Shown: positions 12,908 through 24,430 of the stretch, piece by piece
Layout of the letters: the number at the start of each line of letters is the position of its first letter
Numbering within the stretch: position 1 is the stretch's first letter
Origin: Amoebophrya sp. A120
Lineage: Eukaryota > Protista > Dinoflagellata
Direction of reading: 5' to 3'
NCBI GenBank assembly: GCA_905178155.1
Contig: CAJINV010000002.1
Coordinates: 13,088,480-13,152,479, forward strand
Length of the DNA: 64,000 nucleotides
Position numbers and translations under genes: made by a program
The notes under the pieces: model-generated
Told to the model about the DNA's origin: nothing
The model's database searches: none
The model's input: only the letters and a program-made list of their open reading frames with translations

Positions 12908-15900
12908 ATGCGGCCATCAGCTACCGGAGACGAACTTAGCCGTGAGCGGATCTGGGTAAATTCGTCTTCGCAAGGGAACTATGGAACACGCCTCGAGCGC
13001 GCGCGGGCTCCAGGGAAGGACTGGCAGACCAGCTGGACCGCCACCATGGAAGAACCCTGGGCCAGGCGGTCTACGGCACATGAAGGCTACATCAAGGGTC
13101 GCACGACGGACGAATCCTGCCCACAACGTATGGAACGCCTAGAGGGCTACACCAAGGGTCGCACGACAGACGAATCCTGCCCACCACGTAGAGAATGCAT
13201 AGGACAAGGCTACACCAAGGGTCGCACGACGGAGGAGTCAGGCCCACCTCGTAGGGAACGCAGGGAGGGCTACACCAAGGGTCGAACGACGAAAGAATCT
13301 TGCGATAGGGGACGAATTGCCCCAGAATGTTATGCTAGAGAACTTGCGACGGAGAAGCACCTGGTCAACGGGAGCGCCACAAAATCACCCGCGATTTCTG
13401 CCAGAGATGGTTCGTTTGTGGTTGGTGAGCTGCTCGGGCGCGGTGGTACGGAAATCCTAAATTGATGTTTTAGTTGTGGACTAAAAACTCGGGCAACATT
13501 TTTTCTTTACGATAGATACAGCCATCAGCTCTTCTCGGAAAGCAAGAAGGAAAGAAGCAATGCTCTGCTTTCTAAACCTTGATGTACGACACCCCATCTC
13601 CGAAATCTATCATGGGAATTTGTTTCGTAGGCCCGTGTTTTGACTTTCTGTAACTCCGACAGGCAGCGCAGCTATTGATTTCTGTACATGCAGGTCGTGC
13701 ACACTGCGCAATGACAGGCCACTTGCATTCGTAAATGAATCCGTTAGTTACTGAATTCTCATCGAAATCGAAGCCGCCGGCCAGCACATCAGGCCAGTGT
13801 AGCAGGTGATATTTACGCACTTCTTGACCGTACTTTTCTCCTCAACACAATTCAGGTTCTGGACAAGTTTATCGCGTCACAGACAAAAACGGAATTGATT
13901 ATGCCCTCAAACTCGTGACTGCGACGCGGAAGGAGAGTTTGCAGAAACTTCAAGCCGAAGTGGCGCTTCTGAGGCAGCTGTCGTCAGGGCGATCGTGTCT
14001 TCTCGACAGACCTACTGTACAGGAAGAGCCGGATAAGAAGAGCACCGGAACGAGCTCTTCCGGCTCACATCAAGGACCGCGACGCGCTGGGCCGCGATAC
14101 TCGACCGGCTGTCCTGTCGTGCACTGTTATGCAGCTGCTGAGCCCCCTAATTACAACCTCCAAATAGTGTAACTTGAACGCGTCTCATCCGAGCATGTGT
14201 GATAGGATGCTTAATGACCTATCAAAACGACTCTTCATTTAGGAGCGCTTTTTCATATCGTCCGATCAGTTTTACTTTTGCCTTCGCTCTTGCCGAGGAC
14301 TAGAATCATGATCAGAGGGACACTCAGTCCCGTTTCTATGTTTGTGATCAGTATTTTAAAAAAGGAACATTCCGTCCTGACCGTTCGTATCGCATCACGA
14401 GTGCGGATTAGCGGGCTCGCGTCCACAAAATCTACGACACCAGAATCGACTGGGCTCGACTGCAAATGTATTTTTTGATGGAGCTGGCTGATTGTGACTT
14501 CGACACGCTTCATAAACAGTTTTTCTCGGAGCGACGGAAACAAGATTTGGTGGCCGAGCGATGCGTTGATCATTCTACCCCCGGTCCCGAAATGGGAGAG
14601 GGAATGCCTTTTGAGATGATTGGCCAATACTGGGGCCAGATGATAGACGCTGTCGAGTACATTCATGCACAGAACATCATTCACTTCGACCTGAAGCCCG
14701 CAAACTTCCTGCTTTTCGAAAAAAAGCAGCGCGTAAAGCTTGCAGATTTCGGCCTGGCACAGATGCTGTACGAGGAGCAAACGCACATAAGCCGACATGG
14801 CCAGGTACGGTTATTATTTATTACCCCATGTGAGTGTCTTGCTATGTTCTATGTTAGTTTTTTATCGCCTAGTATAGCATCAAAACCTTGTTCCATCTGA
14901 TGTATGCTTGTCAAAGTTGTGTGTCGATCCTCCTCCCTCTCCAAGAATATAAATATAAGTGAGACACATTCTTTATCTCAGTGTGGCACCTTTCTGTACA
15001 TGGCTCCTGAAGCGTTTTACCAGGGGGATCAGTACGAACAGAGCATGAAGCTACGGTTTGGCGTTGACATCTGGTCACTGGGAATCATCCTGTATGCGAT
15101 GCTCTACGAACGCCCACCGCACTTCTGCCTTCTCAAGGACAGAAATACAGGATAGGCGAAGAAACAAAAGTCTTCTGTTGCTCCCTTGCGTCGCAGCTGC
15201 GCGGCTACTTCAGTTGCTGCATATAGAAAAAATGACCTGCTACAGTTCCTGGAGCTGAGATGTAGTTCTTGTAGTATTCATTTCATTATAGTAGGTTACA
15301 GCAAATAGCCTTGACTACACTTGCTTGTGGCCGCTTCGGCTTGGGGTCCTGTGACTCTCTTGCACTGAAGATTCATTTTTATATTTGCGTAGTCAGGCTC
15401 CGCAAATGCTAGTCACTGAATGCAGCAGCGAGAAGGAAGATGCCTGAGATTCCCTCACGTGCACCCAGCACGAAAGTGTATGAAATGGCTCAGCAGCTTA
15501 AGCACGCATGGGACGTACAAGAAGCAACTTTTTTCCTTTAAAGAGAAAAGCCCGTGCCCTGCGGAATGAATCGGGTAATGTGCGCAATTTTGGATCCTTG
15601 TATGGAGATTCAGTACCCCGCCCAGAAGCATTTTTTTGATGTGCCTGTTTCCTCCAAGGTGTCGTCGCCTGCCTCTGAAGCTGAAGCACAAAGTAGCTCC
15701 GCACGAACGGCACGTCTGACGGAAACGTCTGAGCGTGAGGTAACTCTGCCGGAAATGGAATTAACCGAAGACCGATCTTCGTCTTCGTCGGCTTGCCCGC
15801 CGTGCCGTGCGCCTGAAGAGGACGTAGCGCGACAAGAGCACCTGATGTACCTTTTGCAAAGCTGCCTAGAACGAGATCTAGAGCAGCGCATTGACACGAT

Positions 15901-16612
15901 TTCGCTACAAGACGAGTCTTGCGCATTGTTTTCCTTCGATTGGCGCGGCCTCGCCGTTAGCGATCCACTGTGCTCAGGACCACCACTCCTTTCATTTCAA
16001 AAAGCAAAGACACGACCACTGCCGGGAAGTTTTGTCACCCTACTGCATCGCCCGCAGCATTCTTCGAAAAGTGCAGTCTCAACATTGCCCTCTGAGAACT
16101 GCACTACGACACAGACTCTCCCCAATGATGGCTTGCAATCATCGGCGAGTGCAGCAAGCAGCCTGGCATCGCATACAACGACTTGTAGAGCAACGCCGAT
16201 GAACGCAGCGACTCAGTATCGCGACGCCTGCTTCAGTGAAGTCATCGCGTGTTCTGCGAGCGAGGTCACATTTCAACTAAAGAACCCGGACAACGAATTG
16301 GGAAGGACACTAAATGAGAAAGTGCAACGCATTTTGCAGAAGACGCAGGAAGACGATGCGCGAGAATCTGGGTTCTTAATGAAGGATGGCGAAACTGTCC
16401 CTGATTTAGAAAGCAAGCTTGTCCACCACAAGAATTTTGCAGAGGTGCCCGGCAGGGCAGCATCTGTGCCGCCTCTGGTTGCCGACGACGCAGCGCTTTC
16501 AGGGGGCACAACATGTAAAGTGAGTGGCGACATTATCAACCTGCCTGCAACGGGTCTAGACGATCACGATGTTGCTCGCGCACCGGATAGGTGTACGCAG
16601 GAGAAATTTTGA
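12908..16612 (+). CDS. MPS1: Mps1/TTK-family dual-specificity protein kinase (kinase exons; the gene probably continues into 17663-20911)
   Basis: Spliced motifs: LLGRGG|SGQVYRV, YALKLV, EVALLRQL, MYFLME, YWGQMIDAVEYIH, HFDLKPANFLL, KLADFGLA, SRHGQ|CGTFLYMAPEA, DIWSLGIILYAMLY, AILDP..EIQYP, CLERDLEQRI. YW..M..AV, DLKPANFL and AI.DP..EI..P are Mps1 hallmarks. GT-AG introns 13446-13855 and 14805-14981 keep the frame; introns at about 14120-14424 and 15129-15562 are non-canonical. Confidence 0.85.
13081..13302 (+). repeat. About 63-66 bp coding tandem repeat x4 (EGYxKGRTTxESCPxRxE) in the kinase N-terminus
   Basis: ggctaca(t/c)caagggtcg(c/a)acgac recurs four times in frame. Confidence 0.92.
14140..14418 (+). 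mobile_element. IR-bounded non-canonical intron in the kinase gene
   Basis: GAGCCCCCTAAT (14140-14151) and ATTAGCGGGCTC (14407-14418) form an 11/12 inverted match. It separates the alphaC exon from the 'RIDWARLQMYFLME' exon. The junction is ambiguous. Confidence 0.65.
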
Positions 16613-17662
16613 TTGTACTTATTCGAAAAGTGCGGCTAGAGCCATACGTCTTTCTCACTAACATCGACATTCTGGATTGATAGTTTGAGAATATTTTCAA
16701 AAAGCGAGATTTTGGAGAATGTTTTGCATTGCGATAGATCAACATAAATATAATGTCGTGCATGGCTGTTTATCGCGTTCGGTTCTCGTTGCCAAATGCA
16801 TGCAATGCAAGACCTAGACCTTCGAGCGTGTCGGAAAGATTAGAAAAACGCTGTTACGCTCTGGACACTGCAACAAAGACTTTTGTAGCCGGAAGAAAAA
16901 TGAGAATGGCGGCGGCACAACAAACCCACGTCCTTCGAAGAGTTTTGCGGTCATACCTCTTCCGGACACCTTATCAAGCAGAGAACATTTTCATAGCGGA
17001 GCGATTTGCATTGCACTTTGCAGCTCGCTGCCCTTTTCAAAACTTGCATTCGTCTTACGTAGGCATGCTTGCCTGTAAGTAAGGGAAAGAGGCGAACAGA
17101 AATATTTTTCAGGGCTTCTGGGTGCAGCGCGTCGCTACTGGAGAGTCTATTCCATAGAAAAGAACTATCATAAGGAAGAATTGCGCTCCCCGCACTGAAA
17201 AAAAAAGAAATCATGTTCATTTGTGACAACTCCGGTCGTATTGAATGAAGGTAGTGCGAAAAATTTACGTTGCATGTTGTAACCAATTTGTATTGCTGTT
17301 TGTGGCGCAGCAGAGCTACAAGCCATGCCAAACTACAGGTACGCGCATGTATCCCTGCGCAGGCCTAGAAGCTACCTCCTGAACGCCAATTGTCTTTTTC
17401 CAATGCAACATGTCTTGTGAACATACATATCGCACCACACCGAGTGATTTTTTGAGCATGGGTAGGGCATTTTTTTCATTTTCATAAGATTGAGTTTATC
17501 CCTTTCCCTAGTCTCTGTTTGGTGTTTGCGCAGCAAGCAGAAATAAATGCATGCGCTGGGGCCGCGCGAGTGAGTAGGTGTGGGCGCCCGCACTATCAAT
17601 ACTGTATCTGTGTGTAGCGCAATTACTCATCACGCCGCGACGAAATTGCTTCTCAGCTATAG

Positions 17663-20600
17663 GAGGATGGGTTGGCAGATGTGTGTGAAGCTCCGGGCGA
17701 TGATTACCCTTGTCCAATAGAGGCAGAACCCGGTGCCTCGGCGTGCGATACTACTGCGAAAATAGACGAAGACGCGACGCGTTTTGGAATCGACGACGCA
17801 GCAGCGACAACTGGCTCAGCGGTTTGGAGCACAATCGCCACTTTAGTTGGAACAGTCGGACTCCTCGCGGCATCAGGCGTCATTAGCTCTTTTGTCCCCT
17901 CAAATAGTGATCCGATCAGGCATAGCTCTGCTGGTGAGCCAGGTAGCGGAGTCGTAGCGTTGCCTCCACAAAGCGTCTTTGGTGGGGGCGATGACGACAG
18001 GGGGCACACTAACTGGCTTACGAATTCCGATCCAGAGCCGTCTGGTCGTCTTGACGTCTCAAGCATACCGCGGGCAGTTACTACAACGAATGTAACTCCA
18101 GCACCGCCTGTTGCAGTGGCGGGCATAGAGCACCATGGTGGGAGTGACGATGACAGGGGGCACACCGGCTGGCTTACGAATACTAATATGGGGCCGCCTG
18201 GTCTTGCCGTCTCAAGCGCACCACCGGCAGTGGCTACAGCAAGTGTAGTAACTCCCGCCCAGCCTGTTGCAGTAACGGGGCCTGACTTGCACGAGGCCCA
18301 GCATCAAGAGCACCATGGTAGGAGTGACGATGACAGGGGGCATACCGACTCCTGGCTTACGAATACTAATATGGGGCCGTCTGGTCTTGCCGTCTCAAGC
18401 GCACCACCGGCAGTGGCTACAGCAAGTGTAGTAACTCCAGCCCAGCCTGATGCAGTGACTGTGACGGGGACTGACTTGCATGAGGCTCAGCATCAAGAGC
18501 ACCATGGTGGGAGTGACGATGACAGGGGGCACACTGACTTGCTTACGAATTCTAATGTGGGGCCGTCTGGTCTTGCCGTCTCAAGCGCACCACCGGCAGT
18601 GGCTACAGCAAGTGTAGTAACTCCAGCCCAGCCTGATGCAGTGACTGTGACGGGGACTGACTTGCATGAGGCTCCGCATCAAGATCACCATGGTGGGAGT
18701 GACGATGACAGGGGGCGCACTGACTTGCTTACGAATTCTAATGTGGGGCCGTCTGGTCTTGCCGCCTCAAGCGCACCGCTGGCAGTGGCTACAGCAAGTG
18801 TAGTAACTCCAGCCCAGCCTGATGCAGTGACTGTGACGGGGACTGACTTGCATGAGGCTCAGCATCAAGAGCACCACGGTGGGAGTGACGATGACAGGGG
18901 GCACACTGACTTGCTTACGAATTCTAATGTGGGGCCGTCTGGTCTTGCCGCCTCAAGCGCACCGCTGGCAGTGGCTACAGCAAGTGTAACTCGAGCCCAG
19001 CGTGTGGCAGTGACGGGGCCTGACTTACACGAGGCCCAGCATCAAGAGCACCATGGTGGGAGGGACAATCATGACAGCGGGCACACTAACTGGCTTACGA
19101 GTTCTAATATGGGGCCGTCTGGTCTTGCCGTCTCAGGCGCACCTTTGGCAGTGGCTACAGCAAGTGCAAACCCAGCCTCTGCAGTGGCGGCCATTGACTT
19201 GCACGAGGCCCAGGTCCAACAGACACAGACGCAAAATACTCAGCAGCAGCCCCAGCAACAAGCCAATGTGGAGCAGCGGGCACAGCAACAAGCCATTTCG
19301 CAGCAGGCCCAGCGTCAGCCGCAGGGACCGCAGCAGGCTTCGTTGTTGGTGGCTCAGCGACAGCAGTTGGCACAGCAACAAGGCACCTTGGAGCAGCCCG
19401 CCGAGGAGGGGCGCGGGACGGAGCGACAGCTACAGCACCACACACAGCACGACGCTACGTCGCACGCGAGTCCACGCCAGCAGCTGGCACAGCCGCAACT
19501 CACGTTGGAGCAGCCCGCCGCTCACGAGACAGAGCGACGGATCCAGCTCCAGACACCGCATAACCAGCAGACCGCGGAGGCGGATGGGGCCCAGATGCTG
19601 GAGCAAGAAACTCAGCACCTAGGGAGAACGCGTAGCCAGCCAACCGCAGAAGAGCAGGCGGAGCGACAGCTCCCGCAGCAGGCCTCAACGCACGACCAGG
19701 TCCGAACTCAGAACACCGAGACCGACGACCCAACGAAGCAAAGCCTCCAGCTACATGTCCCGCCGTTGTATGACGAACAGCAACAGCTGCAAAATCAACA
19801 GACACGACAGCAACGCCAGACATTGCAGCTTCAGGAACAACCTTCGCCCGATGGTCGCGCAACAAACAAAGATGTGTCAGGCCCTTCAGCATTCACCACG
19901 TCGGCGTGGTCGTTCGATGCCGCGCCAATTGCAGGAGAGGCCTCCCGCCAGGCAAGCGGCCCCTATCGCGCCTTCGCAAGTCAGCTAGCCCCGTGTGTGG
20001 CAGCCATTATTTCGGATACTGCCGGCTCTACTGCTCGTAGTGGCACGAGTAACCAGAGAACACAGGAATCCGTCGGGGTGCCCCACTTGAGCGAAGATGC
20101 TTTAAGTGCAGTGGTTCGAACAGCGTTGACCGGCACGACTACTATCGTGCCAGACCAGCTTGAATCGCCGGCGACACAATACACCACGCTTTCGGAGCTC
20201 GCTCATCAAGCCGAGGTGCAGAAGAGCATAGCGCAGTTTGAGCTCAAGAGGAAAGAAGCAGAAGATCGCTGGAATGAACGTTTCGAGCTCGAAGAAGCAA
20301 GACATGCGCGCGTTGACGCGGAGCTCGAGGAAGAAAGGAGCGACAACATAAAAGCACGAGACCAGCGGCGACAGGAGCTCGCCGCCGAAAAGTCCCGCTA
20401 TGAAGATGTAGAGCGATCGCTGGAAGCGGAAAGGGATAGCGTGAGGCGTCGGCGCCTCCGCGAGAGGGAGGAGATATGCACAAAAATTGCGGAGGCGACT
20501 GCGCAAAAACGTGATCGTTTCCTTTCTTGTAGCAGCCTCAGGGAAGAAAACCGAAGTATCAGGAAAAGAACCCGCAAGAGACGAAGCGAACTTGCAGAAT

Positions 20601-20911
20601 TAAAGCAGGAGACTCAGGATCTGGACCGCGAAATTGGCGAGTTAGAGAGGCAGGGACAGGAACTGGACCAAGAGAGCGCGCATTTGGAACGAGAAATCTT
20701 CGTTGCTGAGTTGGCAGCCGAAGAAGAGGAACGCCTTGCACGCGAGGCCACGTCAGCGCGCGAGCAGCGGGAGCAGCGAAAACGTGAACAGGAGGAAGCA
20801 CAAAGAGACCGCGAAGCAGCGGAGGCCCAACAGCGCGAAGAAGCAGAGCCAGCGGCAGCTCGGCAGCGGGCCGCCGATTCCGTTCCGGAGAGAGAAACTC
20901 CCCTGAGATGA
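17663..20911 (+). CDS. Large terminal exon: TM helix + 60-aa Ser/Thr/Ala/His repeats + Q-rich region + E/R/K coiled coil
   Basis: An open frame of about 1080 aa starts right after an acceptor-like 'tatag', and the first in-frame ATG is not until about 18188. Contains the hydrophobic segment 'AVWSTIATLVGTVGLLAASGVISSFV' (about 17818-17895) and a C-terminal heptad-rich charged region. Confidence 0.8.
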   Translation, partial: EDGLADVCEAPGDDYPCPIEAEPGASACDTTAKIDEDATRFGIDDAAATTGSAVWSTIATLVGTVGLLAASGVISSFVPSNSDPIRHSSAGEPGSGVVALPPQSVFGGGDDDRGHTNWLTNSDPEPSGRLDVSSIPRAVTTTNVTPAPPVAVAGIEHHGGSDDDRGHTGWLTNTNMGPPGLAVSSAPPAVATASVVTPAQPVAVTGPDLHEAQHQEHHGRSDDDRGHTDSWLTNTNMGPSGLAVSSAPPAVATASVVTPAQPDAVTVTGTDLHEAQHQEHHGGSDDDRGHTDLLTNSNVGPSGLAVSSAPPAVATASVVTPAQPDAVTVTGTDLHEAPHQDHHGGSDDDRGRTDLLTNSNVGPSGLAASSAPLAVATASVVTPAQPDAVTVTGTDLHEAQHQEHHGGSDDDRGHTDLLTNSNVGPSGLAASSAPLAVATASVTRAQRVAVTGPDLHEAQHQEHHGGRDNHDSGHTNWLTSSNMGPSGLAVSGAPLAVATASANPASAVAAIDLHEAQVQQTQTQNTQQQPQQQANVEQRAQQQAISQQAQRQPQGPQQASLLVAQRQQLAQQQGTLEQPAEEGRGTERQLQHHTQHDATSHASPRQQLAQPQLTLEQPAAHETERRIQLQTPHNQQTAEADGAQMLEQETQHLGRTRSQPTAEEQAERQLPQQASTHDQVRTQNTETDDPTKQSLQLHVPPLYDEQQQLQNQQTRQQRQTLQLQEQPSPDGRATNKDVSGPSAFTTSAWSFDAAPIAGEASRQASGPYRAFASQLAPCVAAIISDTAGSTARSGTSNQRTQESVGVPHLSEDALSAVVRTALTGTTTIVPDQLESPATQYTTLSELAHQAEVQKSIAQFELKRKEAEDRWNERFELEEARHARVDAELEEERSDNIKARDQRRQELAAEKSRYEDVERSLEAERDSVRRRRLREREEICTKIAEATAQKRDRFLSCSSLREENRSIRKRTRKRRSELAELKQETQDLDREIGELERQGQELDQESAHLEREIFVAELAAEEEERLAREATSAREQREQRKREQEEAQRDREAAEAQQREEAEPAAARQRAADSVPERETPLR
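17980..19212 (+). repeat. Coding tandem repeat, about 180-189 bp unit, 6-7 copies
   Basis: Unit 'HHGGSDDDRGHTDLLTNSNVGPSGLAVSSAPPAVATASVVTPAQPDAVTVTGTDLHEAQHQE'. Central copies are nearly identical and terminal copies are diverged. Confidence 0.95.
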
Positions 20912-21583
20912 ATCAATTATCTTGAAGTAATATTCCCGCTGTCGCGAACGTACAAAGAAGGCAAGGCAAACAAATATGAGCTCCAATTGCTTCTACTTAC
21001 CCTCTCGCCGCTAGCGATGTGGCGCGCAGGCCCCCAAGGTAGTTTTCACGTAGTAGAGCAAATAAGTCAGCAAAGGGCTCGTCTTGTCCCTGCTCTTTTC
21101 GAGATTTACAATCTACCGTAGCCACTCGCATCACAGAGGGTAATGTTGTGAGGAGACGCAGGAGCAGTGTCCAAACTAGTAGCTGCAAGGCGCAGCCTTG
21201 GCGCCCTGTGCCGGGGATCACAATCGTTGCATCAGATAGCATTTTGTGACAGGGAGCAGAAAATAGATAACGTGCTTCCACCTCCCGAAAAGGACGTGTT
21301 GCTATGCTCGTTCTTTGCGAGTCTTAAAGATCCGTGAAAATAACATTGTCTGTTTTTTCCGGCTACGATGGCACTTAGCTTGGAAAGTGAGTAGGATCCA
21401 CCTAGCTCTCGTGCTTTGATAGTAGCACTTGCAGCAAGAGGTGCTCGCTATCATTGATGCTGATTGCCTCAGACTAACATCGAACAGATTTCGGATGTCA
21501 TAGATGCGACCTTAGCAAATCGCAATCTTTTTTTCAAACGCAGGACGGTGGCTTAGATCGGAGTACATACAGACTTACAGTAT
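20867..21583. repeat. Dispersed duplication, copy 1 (gene 3' end + downstream flank)
   Basis: Colinear with 29875-30493: ..ctgaga..tgaagtaata..cgtacaaagaag, aagtcagcaaagggctcgtctt, tgtgacagggagcag, tgtctgttttttccggct, aatcgcaatctttttttcaaa, ggagtacatac.acttacagtat. Confidence 0.9.
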
Positions 21584-22542
21584 TTTTTCCTGTTCCAGCA
21601 ATCGACTTTTTCTTCTCCCAGCGAGGTCATTCTTCTACACAAAAATTTTATGGGACCTCCCACGTGTGCCGGATATTGATATATATGGACCATGTGGAAC
21701 TCATTCCACGCCAGCATCCAGGACGCGGCCAATATCGTGGCTGCTAGTAAACTAGAATGCGTCGCCTGTCCCCCAACTTCCGGCCCGCAGGGCCGGGAGA
21801 TTGATTCCTCCCTGACTTCGCAGTGAATTGAGCGTCAGGGGAGAGGAGTGTGCCGGCCAACCAGGATCTCGTCTCCATGACCCACTACAACTCGATAAGT
21901 AAGTATGTGTGGATTTCTAGTATTTCGCCGAGATCTAGAGGAAACTAACGGAAAAAAGCTGTCGATGTTTGCACAGAAAGGTAGTATGTAGGTACAGAAG
22001 CACCCTCGAAAATACAAGTAAAGTGTGAATTATGATCCCAATCGCCAGGCGGAACAAGACGCCTGCAATGAAATTATCGTGGTCTTCAGAATTCGACCCC
22101 GCGATCTCATTCGGATGGATTTTCTCTACACGATCGCCAACGAGGTTGAGTGGCAGCATCCCTCATCTTGTGGTCCAACATATTTTATACAAATAATCGC
22201 CAGTTGTTGTGTCCCGACACAAGAAAAAAACTCTGTCGATGAAGCACATTTCAGGTGGCGCTTGTCAGCCGAACCCGGGTCCTCTCGTCGTAGAATCATA
22301 CATGATTCCTCTATTTTCAGTTGCAAAATACTCTGAAAGCTCTCCATCTCGCAATTTTCTCTGGTCCGTGGTGTGGAAGAAGTTGTATTTTGTAGGGTGT
22401 TAGATAGAATCATTTTTAAATCTCTTCTTTTGTAGAGTGTGAGTGTTGGACGCATTCACATAGACATAATTGAATTGGTCACAACGCAGCACCCTTTCGG
22501 TAGAATTTTCTCATCCAGCCACGAGAAGCAAATAGTTGGAAA

Positions 22543-24430
22543 ATGAGTCGTGCCCGTCTATTGCTGCCGATTTTGATTGGAAGCTTTGTGGAGTCGCTTC
22601 GATGCATCGAGGCTGCTGCCTCCTCCCACGAGCGACCTGCGGCACACAGCAGAGATAAGCAGCTTCCCGACACAATGTCGCCGCAAAGCAGTGACTGCGA
22701 ATCTATCTTGTGTAACAACCTCCCCACGCCCATCTCATAGCGAACGCATGACACTACTTATATTATTGCAAGCGGAGCCACAGTCGACTCATGCAGAAGC
22801 GCTGCCCCGTTTCATCAGGATTCGAAGAATTGTTCTCGAAGTCGTGCATGAAAAACGATTTTAGAGTGGATGGGGAGCAAGTAAGTAGCAAGTTGCCAAC
22901 ATGGCGGCCTCAGGAAGTCCTGATTAAATCAGGGAAATTTTTTCCTTCGAAGATCGCCAAGGCGAATGCGCATGACGATCTACTTCCGCTACACCTACAT
23001 GCAAACTAAGCATGACACTTCCTGAGCATGACATGGCAGCCAGCCTGTGATGTGTCAGGCCATCTAGGACATGGCTTATAGAGACCGACAGGCAAAGTGT
23101 GATCCTGCCTGTATATTTTTGGCACGGGGGGTGTGCGGCGGGGACGTTTTTGCATTCCAGCAAATCTTCGGCACCTTCTTCGATCACGTCCCAGCGCTCG
23201 CGAAAGCGACACGGTATACAACAGAGTGGAAATAATCGGAGCGCCGCACGGGCACCCTCATCTTCCGATGAGTCAGAATCTTCAGCCTCATCGAGCGCCT
23301 CGTCCTACAAAAGTTCTGGCGAACGAAATCGCATGCGGATACAGCGAGCCAGACTCCTTCTCGAGAGAGAAAGACTCCTCGAGGAAGACCCCTCGAGAAA
23401 GACTCCTCGCGACGCAGCCCGCGACGAAAAAGACCGTCTTAGAATGTATGATACTGAGTTCTACTCACGTTGGAGTGAAATTTGTCTTGTAATTTGGTAT
23501 GTGTCTGCTCAGTGCACGCCTTCGCGAGAGCAAGAAGATGGAATAAAAACTATATGCATATTAGACTACCCGTAGTAGCAGCGCGCTACGTTCAGTGTAA
23601 GTAGAAGTCGGGAGTAGTATTGCACCTCTGGCTAGATGTATGCGATACCAACCACATCCACGACTCCACAGCTCTTGTGAACAGTTGTAACCTCTAGAAG
23701 ATCAGTGGGCACGATAATTAGTAGGAACCTTGCTCATGCTGGACCCTCAGGACAATTGTACGCTATTTCACTCCCTGGCTAGAAGTCACGTTTCCATACT
23801 CGGGATCAGTTTCAGAAAGACCGGGAGGAGAAAATGCGGCAACAGGAATTGCGGCACAAAAACGCCGATGACGCACTGCTATGCATTGTGATGCACTACG
23901 CAACATCTCGGTCTGCGCAACACAAATGTGACGCATTTGACTATGATCCACCCAGCAGCATATTGATGCCCTACTGCGCACCCAACAGCTTCTGTCCCAC
24001 TACACACAGGTTAGTTCTTTTTATGATCTGGTGGCAAAAATTAAATCGTCGCGACCTTCAGGGACGACGTGTGTAAGTATGTAATCCGATCCGTACGCTG
24101 TGGAAGAGCGCAGAGTACCTAGTATGAGCAGACTCAAAGGCACTTCAATGAATGCATGTGATATTAAGTACAAAATATTTGCCTGATTTCGTTGGCCAAG
24201 ATAGTGGATTTGCACTTGATGCACCCGCCAGGAAGCTGAAGAAGTGCGCCTGGACAGGGAAATCGATGAGGTCCGAAAGCTCAAGGAAAAGGAAATCGAT
24301 GAGGTCCGAAAGCTTAAGGAAAAGCAAATCCGTCTGGAAATTGAACTCTCGCGCGCGAAGGAAGAGAAGGAAAACGGGCGCGCGGTTGTCGAGAGTAAAG
24401 CAGAGGCCAACCGTGTTGTGGCTGCGAAAG
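22543..24430 (+). CDS. Probable multi-exon secreted coiled-coil protein (structure only partly resolved)
   Basis: Signal-peptide-like start MSRARLLLPILIGSFVESLRCIEA. Coding fragments include 'RIQRARLLLERERLLEED', 'REEKMRQQELRHK' and 'QQHIDALLRTQQLLSHYTQ', joined by GT-AG intron 24010-24231 to 'EAEEVRLDREIDEVRKLKEK'. Confidence 0.4.
24258..24324 (+). repeat. 33-bp coding tandem duplication (EIDEVRKLKEK x2)
   Basis: ggaaatcgatgaggtccgaaagct(c/t)aaggaaaa occurs twice. Confidence 0.9.

Noticed and set aside
17980-19212. CRISPR-like regular repeats
   Set aside because: Whole units repeat without unique spacers and lie in an open reading frame.
19200-19850. Genome-wide reassignment of TAA/TAG to Gln
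   Set aside because: This very Q-rich stretch and several ORFs over 1000 aa use only CAA/CAG, and genes end in TAG (2410), TAA (8271) and TGA (20911). Any recoding must be rare or context-specific.
21115-21124. ACCGTAGCCA resembling the dinoflagellate spliced leader (also TTTTGGCGCTCAAG near 26026)
   Set aside because: Only 10 nt match. The second site is imperfect and lies inside a coding-like exon, so both are compatible with chance.
24010-24231. Another 'GT-AG minus one' intron
   Set aside because: A different upstream frame (QQHIDALLRTQQLLSHYTQ) joins in phase with ordinary GT-AG splicing.
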